This document shows, piece after piece, positions 13,266-26,120 of a DNA stretch of 64,000 bases; the stretch's first letter is position 1; every line of letters begins with the position of its first letter. The notes beneath the pieces are model-generated. The model saw nothing but the letters and a program-made list of their open reading frames with translations. It was not told the origin of the DNA and searched no databases. This stretch comes from Octopus sinensis. Its lineage: Eukaryota. The position numbers were made by a program, and so were the translations under genes. Location: positions 806,001 through 870,000 of the forward strand of contig NC_043001.1 in NCBI RefSeq assembly GCF_006345805.1, read 5' to 3'.

Positions 13266-14779
13266 TCTATACTAACAATTCTAATGGCTACAATGAATCT
13301 ATGTGGAAGCAATATTTTTTTGCTGATCCAATGTAGAATTTCTGCTATCAAATCTATGAAATCTCTCGAGTCAGTTGGTAGGAGAGACCCAAGAATTATT
13401 TCCCCCACTTCATATCAAATCACTGCTAAAGTCTGTTCCTGCTTGTGCTGCTGCTGCTGCTGCTACTGCTACTACTACTACTACTACCTATTTTAATGTT
13501 ATGACAAACTTTTGTCAAATTCCAAACACTATCTTAATTTGTATTTCATTGAAATTATTTTCTCTTTTTGTTAAAGGTCACTGCTAGACTTTGTATTCTT
13601 TCTTCAACTAAGAGGGAATTGTCAACTTATTTCAAATTTTAAAACTTTATCTAAATTCATTTGATTCAATTCCCTTGACTAATTTCATATCTCTTTTTTT
13701 AATTACACAAATTATATTGGCCCAGAATTATTTTTTCAACTTTATGTGAAGGGTTGGCTTGAGTAGACAATATTAGGCTGATGAGGACTAAAAGAATGAA
13801 ACATCATCAGAGTTGTCCTTACCCTGGGTAATTGGTTCTATGAGGCAGTATTTACTTTATTTTTACAATTAACTTGGAAAGATTAATTAAGTTCTTGAAA
13901 TTATTTTCACTCTTTTTTTTTGTTTTGTTTTTGAGAGTCATTTCACACTGGGCTTTTGTTTACCTTTTCCAACTACAAAGGCAATTTCAATAAATTATTT
14001 GTTTTCTCTTCAATATTCAGTCCCTCACCCTTTACTTTGATCATTTTAATATATCAATAAATAGAAAGAAAATTTATTTTTCTAAATCTCTGCAAACTGT
14101 TGGTTATTTTCAAAATGAATTGAAACACACAAACAGAAAAATGGCCATGAAAAGGTTAAAGAGTTCATATTTAAATTAAAACCTCAATCAAAATCTCCAT
14201 ATTACAGTGTGAAGTGAACGATGACCTGCAGTTTCATTCAGCAGCCACAAGTTCCATAATAATTTCTATTTTTTTTATATCAAAACTCTGCAAGTTGTGT
14301 GACAATCAATAAAAAAAGTAGAATAAAAAATTGATGCTGTTTTTTTTTTAATAAACTTGGACAAAATTCTTGATTATCTAAAAAAATAAAATTAATTGAA
14401 ACCTAGTGTGCTTTTGTCATAAATAACAACCACAAAAAATATTAAAACATTGGATTTGTCAACTAATGATTAAGTTTACCTTATAATGGTTGACCAAGTC
14501 ACTTTCAGCACACTTTGTATTCCATAGATGTAAATTTATCCTAATCAAGCACCACCAAATTACACTGAAAATAATGAAAAGAACTTTCATGAACAAAGGA
14601 CGTCACGACATTTATGAATTTGATGCATTTTAATAGGAATTTGCATGTGTGTGTGTGTGTGTGTGTGAATAATATATTTCCCCATTTAGCATTGACTCAG
14701 TGCTTTAGGAGAGATTAATATTTTTATTTTGGTCAGTCATTTCACATTGTAAGTTCTGTCTGTGGAGGCATAGGTTTTG

Positions 14780-14828
14780 CAGGCAAGTTATGACTTGCTA
14801 TAAGTTATGACAAGTCATAACTTGCCTG
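14780..14828. repeat. Perfect 18 bp inverted repeat with 13 nt loop
   Basis: CAGGCAAGTTATGACTTG (14780-14797) is the exact reverse complement of CAAGTCATAACTTGCCTG (14811-14828). Confidence 0.95.
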
Positions 14829-15046
14829 AGGACCCCATATACCAACAGGCAAAATTCAGAGTAGCAAGAGACTCAGCCAAAATAAAACATTCCCCCACCC
14901 CTACATATTTGTACATACACACATCTAAAGTTATTTCGCTCTTGTCCACTACAGAATCTCTTTCATTTCAGCCGTCGGACAGAGTAGAACTGGTTTGACT
15001 TTCTGGTCAGAAGAAGGCAGTTGTTGTAATCCTGTGTAAGTCATCA

Positions 15047-15277
15047 GTGACTGGCCACTAAACGGATGCCTACAGGAAGGGTTTGTGACTGGCCACTAAA
15101 CGGATGCCTACAGGAAGGGTTTGTGACTGGCCACTAAACGGATGCCTACAGGAAGGGTTTGTGACTGGCCACTAAACGGATGCCTACAGGAAGGGTTTGT
15201 GACTGGCCACTAAACGGATGCCTACAGGAAGGGTTTGTGACTGGCCACTAAACGTATGCCTACAGGAAGGGTTTGTG
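15047..15277. repeat. 38 bp minisatellite, 6 copies
   Basis: Unit GTGACTGGCCACTAAACGGATGCCTACAGGAAGGGTTT starts at 15047, 15085, 15123, 15161, 15199 and 15237; five identical copies, the last with one G>T change. Confidence 0.98.
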
Positions 15278-15419
15278 GTGCTGTGCATAACTCTGATGGT
15301 CATAACTAATGGCATTTCTCTCCTCTTTCTTACCATTTTCCCCACTAAGATCATTGCCCACTCTCTTTTCTATTCTCCCTCAGTCATAGGCTCTGACCAT
15401 TGCAAGGTGATCATCACTA

Positions 15420-15600
15420 GGGCTGGTGCCATGTAAAAAGGTACCCAACACACTCTGTAAAGTCGTTGGCATTAGGAAGGGCATCCAACCAAAAAAACAT
15501 TGAGGCATGATGCAATCTTTGGATCGTCGGATCCTGTCAAATTGTCCAACTTATGCCAACATGGAAGACAGACATGATGATGATGATGATGGTGATGGCA
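15420..15600 (+). mobile_element. RTE 3'-tail fragment
   Basis: GGTGCCATGTAAAAAGG..ACACTCTGTAAAGTCGTTGGCATTAGGAAGGGCATCCAACC...(GAT)n. Confidence 0.7.
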
Positions 15601-16221
15601 ATAAGTAATACATTTCTTTATCTTATACACTTTGGACATACATGTTCAGCCATGATCACTGTTACTATTGTATATGTCTCGTGTTGTCGGGGTAGTAGCA
15701 ATTGTCTCCATTCCATGAATGGTGTTGAGACATTTTCAGTACATGAGGAAGTCCAGAGGCACGGGAAATGGCTTTCCTTGTTTGTCTAGGTTTCCCACAT
15801 AACTAGCAGCCAATAGTCCTTAAACCCCTAGCTGTCACAGTCTTGGAGTCCCACTATTGGATCGTTACTTCCTTGGTGCTCATGTGGCTAAATAATTCAT
15901 TATGTCAATAAATGTTATAATATTATTATGGTTTTCTGTTAAATTTATACTCAATATATATTTAATATGTAACATTATCCTTCATTTTCTGAAAAAAAAA
16001 ATAAAGTTTAGATGGGCTATTTTCATTCAAAAGCTATTAGAGTGATTAACACAAAAAGTGAAAAATCTGGAATAAATAATAAAGGACATTACACAGCATA
16101 ATGAAAACATAACAATAGTGTTGCCATAGCGGCAAACCAGCTGGGGAAGAGTTTTATCAAAATCCATTCATTGAAAACTGAGAAATCTTAAATTTCACTC
16201 CAAAGCTACTAGCATGGTTCT

Positions 16222-16288
<67 letters not shown>

Positions 16289-16467
16289 TGTGTGTGCGTG
16301 TGTGTGTGTGTATGTGTGTGTGTGTGTGTGTGTGTATATACATACATACACATCTAGGTTAGAAACTAACTATTTTTCTATTAGCAAGAAATCTTGAAAT
16401 AAAACTGAACAATGATATATATATATATATTCAGTTCAGAGTGAGCTTCTCCTAGAGACATGCTTTA

Positions 16468-16514
<47 letters not shown>

Positions 16515-16903
16515 AGTATGTGTGTAGGAGAAGCTCACTTTGACACAAAAGCAAAATATGCAGGGAATGGCAAAGAACATTTTGGAGATGTTTTGCTTGT
16601 GCCTGAGATGCTGGCACTCTCACATTCCTGTGGCACATATTGGCACTAGACATGCTTTAGCTTCCCTCTGGATCATATCAATAGGGGGGGAGAGGGTCTG
16701 TGAGTTGTTTGGATTAAACATTTTAGGTTGTGCAATGCCAGGGAGGCAACTGTCTAATGCATGTCGGAGGGAGCCACGGTGAGGATGAAACCAGAGGGTG
16801 TCGATGGTTGGAGGAGCAATAACAACTTCATTCATGGGCATTGTTGGCATTTTGCATGGGAAATGGTCAGTGATGGTCTTCCTTGGACATCAGTGGAAAA
16901 CAA

Positions 16904-16936
<33 letters not shown>

Positions 16937-17536
16937 TACTTTTGAAAAACTTGTACTGTGAGTGTTATTTGGTCATTGCTGGCATAGCACTGAAGAGTTT
17001 GTCTTGAAGAGGAGGAAATTGGTTTTGTTAAAAATGTATCTCTGAGTGACTGAGTTGTTGGATTAACAAGAGACAAATTATTAATGAAAGGAAATCTCTG
17101 AACTAACAACTATTGACTCAATTATCAGAAAGCTTATAAAACCACTGCACACTGTTCAGGGTTATATCCATACGTACACACACACACACACACATATACA
17201 TGCATACATACACTGTCATCATCATAATCATCATTATTATCATCATCCTTTACATCTGTTGCCCATGCTTAGCATGGGCTGGACAGGGCATAGAATACAT
17301 ACATACATATTCATATATTTACCCCCTTTTACTATATGTGTGTGTGTCTATATATGTGTCCACCCATGCTAGCATGGAAGGCAGACATTAAACGATGATG
17401 AAGATGAATGTACATACATACACACATACATACACACATACACACATACATACACACATACATACATACATACACACATACATACACACATACATACATA
17501 CATACATACATACACACATACATACACATACATACA

Positions 17537-17607
<71 letters not shown>

Positions 17608-18069
17608 CTATCTATCTATATGGCTTTTCCTTTTCTCCAACACACCCAATCAATGAAGGAGTCTGTTAGCCATGCAGCCGACCTCGTAAGCTCCCTAGTG
17701 TTGGTGGCATAAAGAAAGCTCCTGGAATACTTTGCAAAGTGGTTGGCATTAAGAAGGGCATTCAGGCATAGGAACAATGCCAAAACGGACACTGGAGTTA
17801 CGGCACAGACTTTGGATCAGTTGAACCCGGTCAAATAGTTCAAGCCGCTCCAGCATGGAACACGGATGGGAAGGGATGATAGAATGTCTGTGTATAGACG
17901 CAAACAGGCACTTATGCATGTAAGTGCACGGATATAAATATGTCTCTATGTGTGGGTGTATAATAAACATCAATATAAACAGCTAGGTACAATGTGATAT
18001 ACGTGGGTGTGTGTGTGTATAAATATATAAATATTTGAACTATATACATATATATATATATACATACAT

Positions 18070-18110
<41 letters not shown>

Positions 18111-18465
18111 CATTTACCATGGAATAGCTTATGTTTAGTCAGGCTTACTAACAAATACAAACAAACACCAAAAAAAAAGGGCTGTTTCTCTGTCTCCCTA
18201 AATGCCTTCCTGTCTGCATGTATGCATACGTATGAGTGCACATGAGTGCATTTTCTGGTTTACTAGAATGGAATTAATTTTCCTTGTCCTTAATACAGAA
18301 GCAAATATTTAAATGGAAAAGCAACAACAGACAAAGAGGAGAGCAGAATATCCATGGAATTGGTAAATATTCAGATCTTTCAAACAGCGTGGATCACACA
18401 TATTCACTGTTATATTTGTATAACTGTATGTTTGTGTGTGTGAAGGACAGTCTTAAGATAATATA

Positions 18466-18679
18466 TTCTTTTCTACTCTCGGCACAAGGCCCAAAATTTT
18501 GAAGGAGGGGGCCAGTTGATTAGATCGACCCCAGTACACAACTGGTACTTAATTTATCGACCCCGAAAGGAAGAAAGGCACAGTTGACCTTGGCAGAATT
18601 TGAACTCAGAACAGAAAGACAGACAAAATACCGCTAAACATATCACCCAACGTGCTAATCTTTCTACCAGATTGCCGCC
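18466..18679 (-). mobile_element. tRNA-derived SINE (family C)
   Basis: Colinear with 8291-8502. Confidence 0.85.
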
Positions 18680-19161
18680 ACTTAAGATAATATATTAATA
18701 AGGATATGATCACATGCATGGGTGTGTGTGTGTGACATACTGCAGAGCAGTCACAATTCTCTAGCACATCCCCCTTTTCCATGTGACTGCGTCTCCTGAT
18801 GAAGTGCCACTCTGCTAATGAAGTAGTTTTCATCAATTGATGAACATGAACGTAATCATCATCATCACTTCATGGAAATCTGTTAATATTTTTTATTTTT
18901 GTTTATTTCCAGATTTGTCAAACTATTTCCCTGTTGAGTACATCCTCCACGCCCCACCACAAGAAACACTAAATGTCCCCTGAAATTTTCAATTCTATTC
19001 GGGCATTTGAAGTTTATCTGAAGACACTAAGACCTTTTTTATTGCTGAAAACTATGGCAATGCGTAAAGGTGAGCAGCTCTAGTAGAACAAGACTAGGCC
19101 GGAACACTTGCAACAGAAAATATTCTGCTAGTGGAATCGGTTTTTGATTATTTTGGGCTCA

Positions 19162-19219
<58 letters not shown>

Positions 19220-19423
19220 CACAGTTATTTGACTGCAACTTTTGTAGGATCAAGTTTAGCTTTCAGCTGTTTGTGTTTCGGAGTTTGAAGGGAAATATTA
19301 CCTGGCTTGAAAACAGGTGAGGGGTGAGGATAGGAAAAGCATTTAGCCCTAGAAAATCTGCATTAACAAATTTTATGTGACCCATGGAAACATAGAAAAG
19401 AGGGAGTTAAAATGAAAATGACG

Positions 19424-19457
<34 letters not shown>

Positions 19458-19464
<7 letters not shown>

Positions 19465-20205
19465 GCACAAAGCATAAGGATACAAAAAGCCTCAACCTGT
19501 TTAGAAATAAGAGCTAAAGTCCCAATTTTGGTGCCAGAAGGAACCATAATAACAGAAAATAACAGTAAGTGAGGAAATGGATGAAGAATTAGGACATTAA
19601 AAAGCATACCTTTAAAGATTATGCCACACAGATGCTCATATACCATGTTACAGCTGTTAATATTATCAATTAAAAATATTCACCACAGGTAATATTAACA
19701 ATAGTAGCATCTTATTTCAAATGTAAACATTGAAATATTTTTGCATCATGTGGACTGGTTTGGTGCAAAACAAGCCAGAGCGCCAGTGGATTTATAACGG
19801 GGTGGATTTAGAATTTTTTCCCAGTAACTCATACGGAAGAAGCGTGAGGCCCATTGAGCCAGAAACCAAAACCATAGTATATAAGCATCTGAATGGCATA
19901 ATCTTTAAAGGCATGCTTTTTAATGTCTTAATTCTTCATCCATTTCCTTGCTTACTGCTATTTTTCTGTTCCTTTGGTGCCTTCAGGTGGTTGAATTGGG
20001 ATTCTAGCTCTTATTTCTAAACAGGTTGATGCTTCCCATATCCTTATGTGCCATGCTAATTTTAGATTTTATAGCTATATAATACTATTACAACTGCGAA
20101 CTGCCGAAGATACTGTGGTTAATATTATCAGTTGAAAATATTCACCACAGATTACATTAACAATAGTGACATCTTATTTCAAATGTAAACACTCAAATAT
20201 TTTGC
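19458..20205. repeat. About 190 bp inverted repeat plus about 88 bp direct repeat, bounded by (TA)n tracts
   Basis: 19458-19647 is a diverged reverse complement of 19873-20063 (shared peptide GIIFKGMLFNVLILHPFP appears in opposite-strand ORFs). 19656-19743 is directly repeated at 20118-20205. Confidence 0.9.
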
Positions 20206-20206
20206 T

Positions 20207-20296
<90 letters not shown>

Positions 20297-20504
20297 CATA
20301 TATATATGTGTATATACATATATTTATAAACATACATACTTATACATACATACATATACACACATACACACACACATACATACATACATACATATATACA
20401 TACATACATACATACATATATACATACATACATACATATATATATACATACATACATATATATATACATACATACATTCATATATATATATATACATACA
20501 TACA

Positions 20505-20540
<36 letters not shown>

Positions 20541-20544
20541 CATA

Positions 20545-20905
20545 GGTGCAGGCTTGGCTGTGTGGTAAGAAGCTTGCTTCCTAGCCAAATGGTTTTGAGT
20601 TCAGTCCTACTGCTTGGCACTTTGGGCTGACCAAATCCTTGTGAATCGATTTGGTAGACAGAAACTGAAAGAAACCCATTATATATATACATGTATGTGT
20701 GTCTGTGTGTCCCCTGCATTATCACTTGACAACTGGTGTTGATGGATTTATGTAGCCCTAACGTAGCAGTTCAACAAAAGTGACTGATAGAATAAGTACT
20801 AGGCTTAAAAACAAGTCCTGTGTTTGATTTGTTTGACTAAAACACTTCAAGGCGGTGCTCCAGCATGGCCACAGTGAAATGACAGAAACAAGTAAAAGAA
20901 TGAAA
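20545..20905 (+). mobile_element. tRNA-derived SINE (family B)
   Basis: A box TGGCTGTGTGG, B box GAGTTCAGTCC; colinear with 6494-6887. Confidence 0.85.
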
Positions 20906-20906
20906 T

Positions 20907-20939
<33 letters not shown>

Positions 20940-21769
20940 CATACACACATATAGATATACATGTATGCACATACACACACACACACATGGATAGAGCTAG
21001 ATGACAGATCACTGGATGGATAAAGAGAGAGATAACTAGAGAGAAATATCAACAGAAAGCGATTGGATGATCGACTGCTTCTGAGGACATTAAAACCATG
21101 GAAGGTGGGAGACATGATGTGAAAGCATCAACAGTATTCTTTGGTTGGTAATGATTTCAGACCCAAATCTATTAAATACATTAATCACATGTTATATGTG
21201 AGGATTGACAATTTGCAGAGTTCAACTGCAGCAATTTATTTATTCTGAGTAGAATCGGGGTTGGCAAGGGAAAGGGAGCCTCTACTATTAAATGATAATT
21301 ACAAGATCTTGAGAAAACTAGTGGGAATCAGCTGGGCAGAAATTCCAAGTTGTTTCTCTAAAAACTATAAGGTTCATACATTGATTGACATTTTGTTAGA
21401 ATTCCAATTGGAAATCTTCATTTATTTTAGTTCTTAACAAAACAAAAACAGAAACAAAAAAATGATTGACTTCAATCTGATAAAGGGGCATTAGCTGTAT
21501 AGCGGTTTATATATGAGCCTCATAGAGTCAGATGCGATCCTTTAAGGTAGCATATGGGTCTCTTTTTATTTCACATAATGACTCTTTAGAGTGAGATATA
21601 GATCTTTGACATGGATTAGTGTCATCTAAGTTCAATTTTTTAAATGAAATTATAAGAAGTTAAGAACTGAAGTCATGAAATTGGAGCCTTGTGCATCATC
21701 AGTAATTGCTATCTGTGAATCATACTAAATGTATATACATCATTATGACTGGCATTCCATTGATTATGT

Positions 21770-22070
21770 CAATGAGGATTCCAGTTAATGCAATCAACAA
21801 AACAACCTGCTCATAAAATGACCATGTAAATGGCTGAGCACTCCATGGACACGCACTCCCTTAACATAATTCCCAGGGAGATTCAGCATGACACAGAATG
21901 TGAGAAAGGTGGCCCTTTGAATAACAGGTGCAACTTATTTTTCCCAGGTGAGTGGAGTAAAGCAATAAAGTGAAATAAAGTGTCTTGTTCAAGGACACAA
22001 TACACCGTCAGGAATTGAACCCATGAACTTATGATTGGGAGCTGAATACATTAACCACTAAGCCACGAAT
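21770..22070 (-). mobile_element. Older family-A-related tRNA SINE
   Basis: Shares the 3' segment of 5054-5240; tRNA-like head is the reverse complement of GGAATTGAACCC...TTAACCACTAAGCCAC. Confidence 0.75.
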
Positions 22071-22919
22071 ACTCAAACCATTTCCCTATTAGAATCATAG
22101 TAAATGTATACACACACCTTTAGAATTGTCTGAGATGAAATCTCTTCATAGGTTCGTTGTGTTCTGGTCATTAACATAAGAATAATCTTGATTAGATTTT
22201 AACCTCAACAAGTTATTTCTTTGTCTTGAAAATGCAGTTAAAATGTAACTATTGTAGTTGATTTAAATATTTTAATTCCAAGGAGAATCCCGAACCCTCT
22301 GACAACTCAACCTCCCTCTTAGTAACCCCCTTTAACACACCCTTCCTCTTGTGGGCTCAAAACACCCCTTGGTAGGCTCTAATGTCCAGTTTAAGTGTCA
22401 CTCTTTTTGTGTAGAATCAAGGCCATGTGAGTTTGCGTTAGGAAGTTCTTATGTTTTGCAGAAGCTGAGATTGGTGTTGAATGTTTTGGAGGCAGGTTGT
22501 GATTGTTAGGCACATGTTCTGTAAAGGTAGAAATATATTCATGTAGAGAGACACAACTGGATTTTGTTGCAATTAAAGTGTCAGATATCAATTATGTAAC
22601 AGTGTGCATTGTGTTATTTGATTGGTTGGTGATTAAGTAGAGTTTGCATCGTGTGATATTGTGTTTGGCAGCAATTTGGAAGGGAATGTGTTGAGTTTGG
22701 TCATGATTCCATACAGTCTGTTTTATACGAGTTATTTTAGAGGCTGGTTATTGTATAGAGTATGTATAATTATGGAGAGAGTTTGCTGGTTGAGTTGTGA
22801 AAGTGCAAAGGATATGAACTGTACCAAACAGAGATCATTTGGGTTATGTTTGATGTGATAAGTTCTGCTATGGTTTCTATGTTTTTGTTCATCATCTTCT
22901 TTATGATGTTTCATGTTCT

Positions 22920-23300
22920 AAGTACGAATGGATCTATTTTTAGTTTCTCCTCCCACATTTTGCTTTCTTCAAGATCCTTGTTCTTTGACAGTTTTCCCAC
23001 CTCCTTCTGGATCAAATAGGGATCAAAATGTTGATCAGAATACAAATATTTTCTTCAGTCCTTGACAATTATATCTGGACAACTTGTCTTGATCTTATCT
23101 CTCCCTCTGAGTACACATGTCCCAGTGAACTGTGGTCAGGTGGTTTTCATACTCAATGGTTGGTAAATGTTCTTCTCACTTCTTATCCATTTACACATCG
23201 ATGTGTTGGCAACTGACCACTGGTCACAGCTGCTAACTCATTTATGAATACATTCACACTTGGCATGAATTGGGCAGCCAGAAATAATCATCTCAACCAT
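22920..23300 (-). mobile_element. Highly decayed R4/Dong-type (RLE) LINE C-terminus
   Basis: Minus-strand translation with frameshifts resembles ...VHWDMCTQ.E....PDIIVKD....ILI.I.IP....KLSKNKDLE, as in the RLE domain at 45650-45900. Confidence 0.55.
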
Positions 23301-24099
23301 CTACTGAACACCTCATCTAGACGGGATGTTACCTATATTAGTTTTCATTCTTGTAATTATTAATTGTTGCTCATTGGTCTGTTGCAGCTAAAATAAGACC
23401 TGTTTCTGCTTTTAGTCCAGAATTTCGGAGCAACTATTGACTTTCACTCTGCTTTATTTCCTCTCTATCTCGTCTTGCAGGATATTGGTTATCAAGTGAT
23501 TGGTCTTTCCATCTTTTCTTTAGCATATTTTCTCTTTTTACCTTTTAAATATTTTCGTTTGTTTTTATTCAAATCTTTTCGGTGGAATTCGTTTCTATTT
23601 TCTACTTCATTGTTTCTTTATTTAGTTATTTTTGTTTTCTTTTCATCTTTCTCTTTTACATTAACCCCATTCTATTTGCTTACCTCCATTTTTCTAGTCC
23701 CCCTCTTTTTGCTTTGAAATAGTTTTCTGTCTACATCAGACCCATGTTCCTTCTATGTGGAATAGGTCTGTTCTTTCACCATATTAGGGTACTGGCTTCA
23801 TGATGCAGTTGGTAATTTCCTGACTTAGCACTTCAATTCACTTAACTTTCAACTTATCATATTGAAGCTGTACTTTATCAATGAGAGAGCTGGCAGATTT
23901 AAGCCTATAATCTTATTTCTAGCATTAACTTCAATAATTTATTATATTAGTCTCACATTCCTTTTCTTTGCTTTTCTAATTTTCTCTGTTTCTGTTTTAT
24001 CTTAGGACTTACATTTCCTCCTAAATACTTTTAGTGATGTTTCTGGTTTAAATTCCTGACTTTGGTGTCAATAAGTAATTAAATGTTCTCAGTTTTGGT

Positions 24100-24370
24100 T
24101 AAGTTACCTCTCCTTATTATAGCTTTAGCATATTTGCTGGTACCAGATATGTCTTAGCCGAATTTATGGCTTATTTTTGTAGGGTTTTTTTTTAACCGGA
24201 TTATTATTCCTCATCCATCTAGAAGAGATGTTTTTGATTTTTCCTCATCATTCTATGAACAGTTGAAGTTTCATTCAACAGATTTAAAGCATCAGAGCCA
24301 GGCAAAATGGTTGAAGGGTTAGGTTTCTCCGGAAAATTTCTGTCCTTTTGGGGTGAGGTAGTTTTTAAAT
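24100..24370 (-). mobile_element. Possible decayed Penelope-like RT fragment
   Basis: Minus strand gives YLTPKGQK/NFPEKP, loosely resembling the PLE RT motif ITLKDHKENFPN.P; heavily degenerate. Confidence 0.3.
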
Positions 24371-24584
24371 CTTTTCTCATTGCTTTATAAAAGATATTGT
24401 TGTTTTCAATTTTGTCATGATGTGATTGATGTGATTGGTTACCTTATTCAGCTGATTTGTCCCTATTTTCTATGACTGAATTAACACAGCAAATACTTTC
24501 TGGTAATCAAGCTGGGGCAATGCTAAAGTTTGTTTTCCCTTTTTTTTTTTTACTGAATTCTATAATAGTCTACTTTTTTCCTCA

Positions 24585-24770
24585 TCGTGTTTGTTTTCCA
24601 TGTTGGCATGGGTTGGATGGTCTGATAGGTCTGAGAACCACGGGGAGCTCCAATACCTGCTTTCTAGGGCTGATGCCCTTCCTCATGACCACCATTCCAC
24701 AGAGTATATTGGGTGTTTTTCTCGTGACACCAGCACAAGTGAGGGCACAAAGAAACCCACCACCCATCCT
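24585..24770 (-). mobile_element. RTE 3'-tail fragment
   Basis: TTTCCATGTTGGCATGGGTTGGATGG...GATGCCCTTCCT...GGGTGTTTTT..CGTGACACCAGCAC is the reverse of the 62490-62660 tail. Confidence 0.7.
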
Positions 24771-25184
24771 GCCATCATTCTTCTAACTATAGCATTACTC
24801 ACTTGGGTGCTGTAATTATCTGACCCTTTTCTGTGTGGTCAGTGATCTTTTTCCTTGGAACCACTTCCTTTTGTCCCTTATCCTACATTCTCAATATCAC
24901 CCCTTATTGCCATCTTTTCCCATGAATGTTCCTTTCACCTGAACACTTTCTTAAATGTTTTTGATGCCCCCTTCCCTTTGTCACTCTTTCCACCCCCAAA
25001 TCCCTCTAACCTCCAGATCTGTCACTGTGCATCCCCCCCTCTCTCATCCTGCTCCTACACTTCACATCATTTCCTTACTTAATTATACTGACAACACCAG
25101 CCCCCCTCCTCCTTTAAGCCTTGTACTTATAGTAGAAATGGCTACTATCTCTATCATCATCATCATCATTATTGTTATTATTCA

Positions 25185-25397
25185 GGTGGTGAGATGCTAG
25201 ACTCGTTAGTACGCTGGACAAAATGCTTAATGGTATTTCATCAGTCTTTACGCTCTGAGTTCAAATTCCGCTGAGGCTGACTTTGCCTTTCATCCTTTTG
25301 GGGGTCGATAAATTAAGTACCAGTGAGACACTGGGGTTGATGTAATCAGCTAATACCCTCCCATAAAATTTCAGGCCTTGTGCCTTTAGTAGAAAGA
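25185..25397 (+). mobile_element. tRNA-derived SINE (family C)
   Basis: GAGTTCAAATTCCGCTGAGGCTGACTTTGCCTTTCATCCTTTTGGGGGTCGATAAATTAAGTACCAG. Confidence 0.85.
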
Positions 25398-25409
25398 ACC
25401 GTTTGTGAG

Positions 25410-26120
25410 GCTCATCTTTCCGCAGCTTGTCTCCTTGACAGAGATGCAGTCCTGGGTGAAGAAAAGACCAAGACTGGTGCCTGGCACCTAGAATGTCATC
25501 AGGTGCTCTGGGATTGGTGGATGTTCCGCTTTAGAAATTTATGGAGGGTTAGTGGTGAGGAAGTGCAACAACATTCTCGGAGCGACTCTGGGCATCGATG
25601 AGAACAAACTGGCTGGTCTGTTCTGGAGGACTTTCCCCGTTAGGAACTATCATGGATAATTTCCAGATGTCCTTGGCCTGGCAGTGCTATCAGGGGTGGG
25701 GGCACTACCAGTTTGAGATAAACTCTACAGGCACAGATGTGTGCTGTCAGACAGACTTGTCTGAGGTGTGTGCAGAGTGATGAAACCATTCTGCATGCCC
25801 TCATTCAGTATTCGGGCATTGCTGACTTGTGGGGTTATGTCGAACAGCTGCTGTCATGTGTGGGATGGATCTGTCTGTCAGCCGAGTCTGTAGTGATGAT
25901 TGCACTGCTGTCCTCCTTCAGTTGGGCAGGCAAGGCAGTCTTCCTTTGCCTGGTGGCTGTGGTGAAAGAGGATGTTTGGTGAACAAGGCTGAAAGGTATG
26001 AGGACAGATACATTCCTCTTTGGTAGGGCTCCCATTGACTTCTTCAAGTTTCACTTGGAAAGGAAATTGAGAGTGAAGAGGGAAGTGCTGCCCTTGAGTG
26101 AGTTTATTGAAAGCTGAGTG
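25410..26120 (+). mobile_element. Decayed Tx1/L1-clade LINE, ORF2 C-terminal zinc-knuckle (zf-RVT) region
   Basis: Frameshifted reading SLAWQCYQG-ALPV.DKLYRH...CLRCVQSDETILHALIQ.SGIADLWGYVEQLL...FFKFHLERKLRV matches L1/Tx1 zf-RVT (W..lhgaLPv...C.rC...ETi.H). Confidence 0.75.

Noticed and set aside
15047-15277. CRISPR-like appearance of the 38 bp repeats
   Set aside because: Units abut directly with no unique spacers, there are no cas genes, and the context is eukaryotic.
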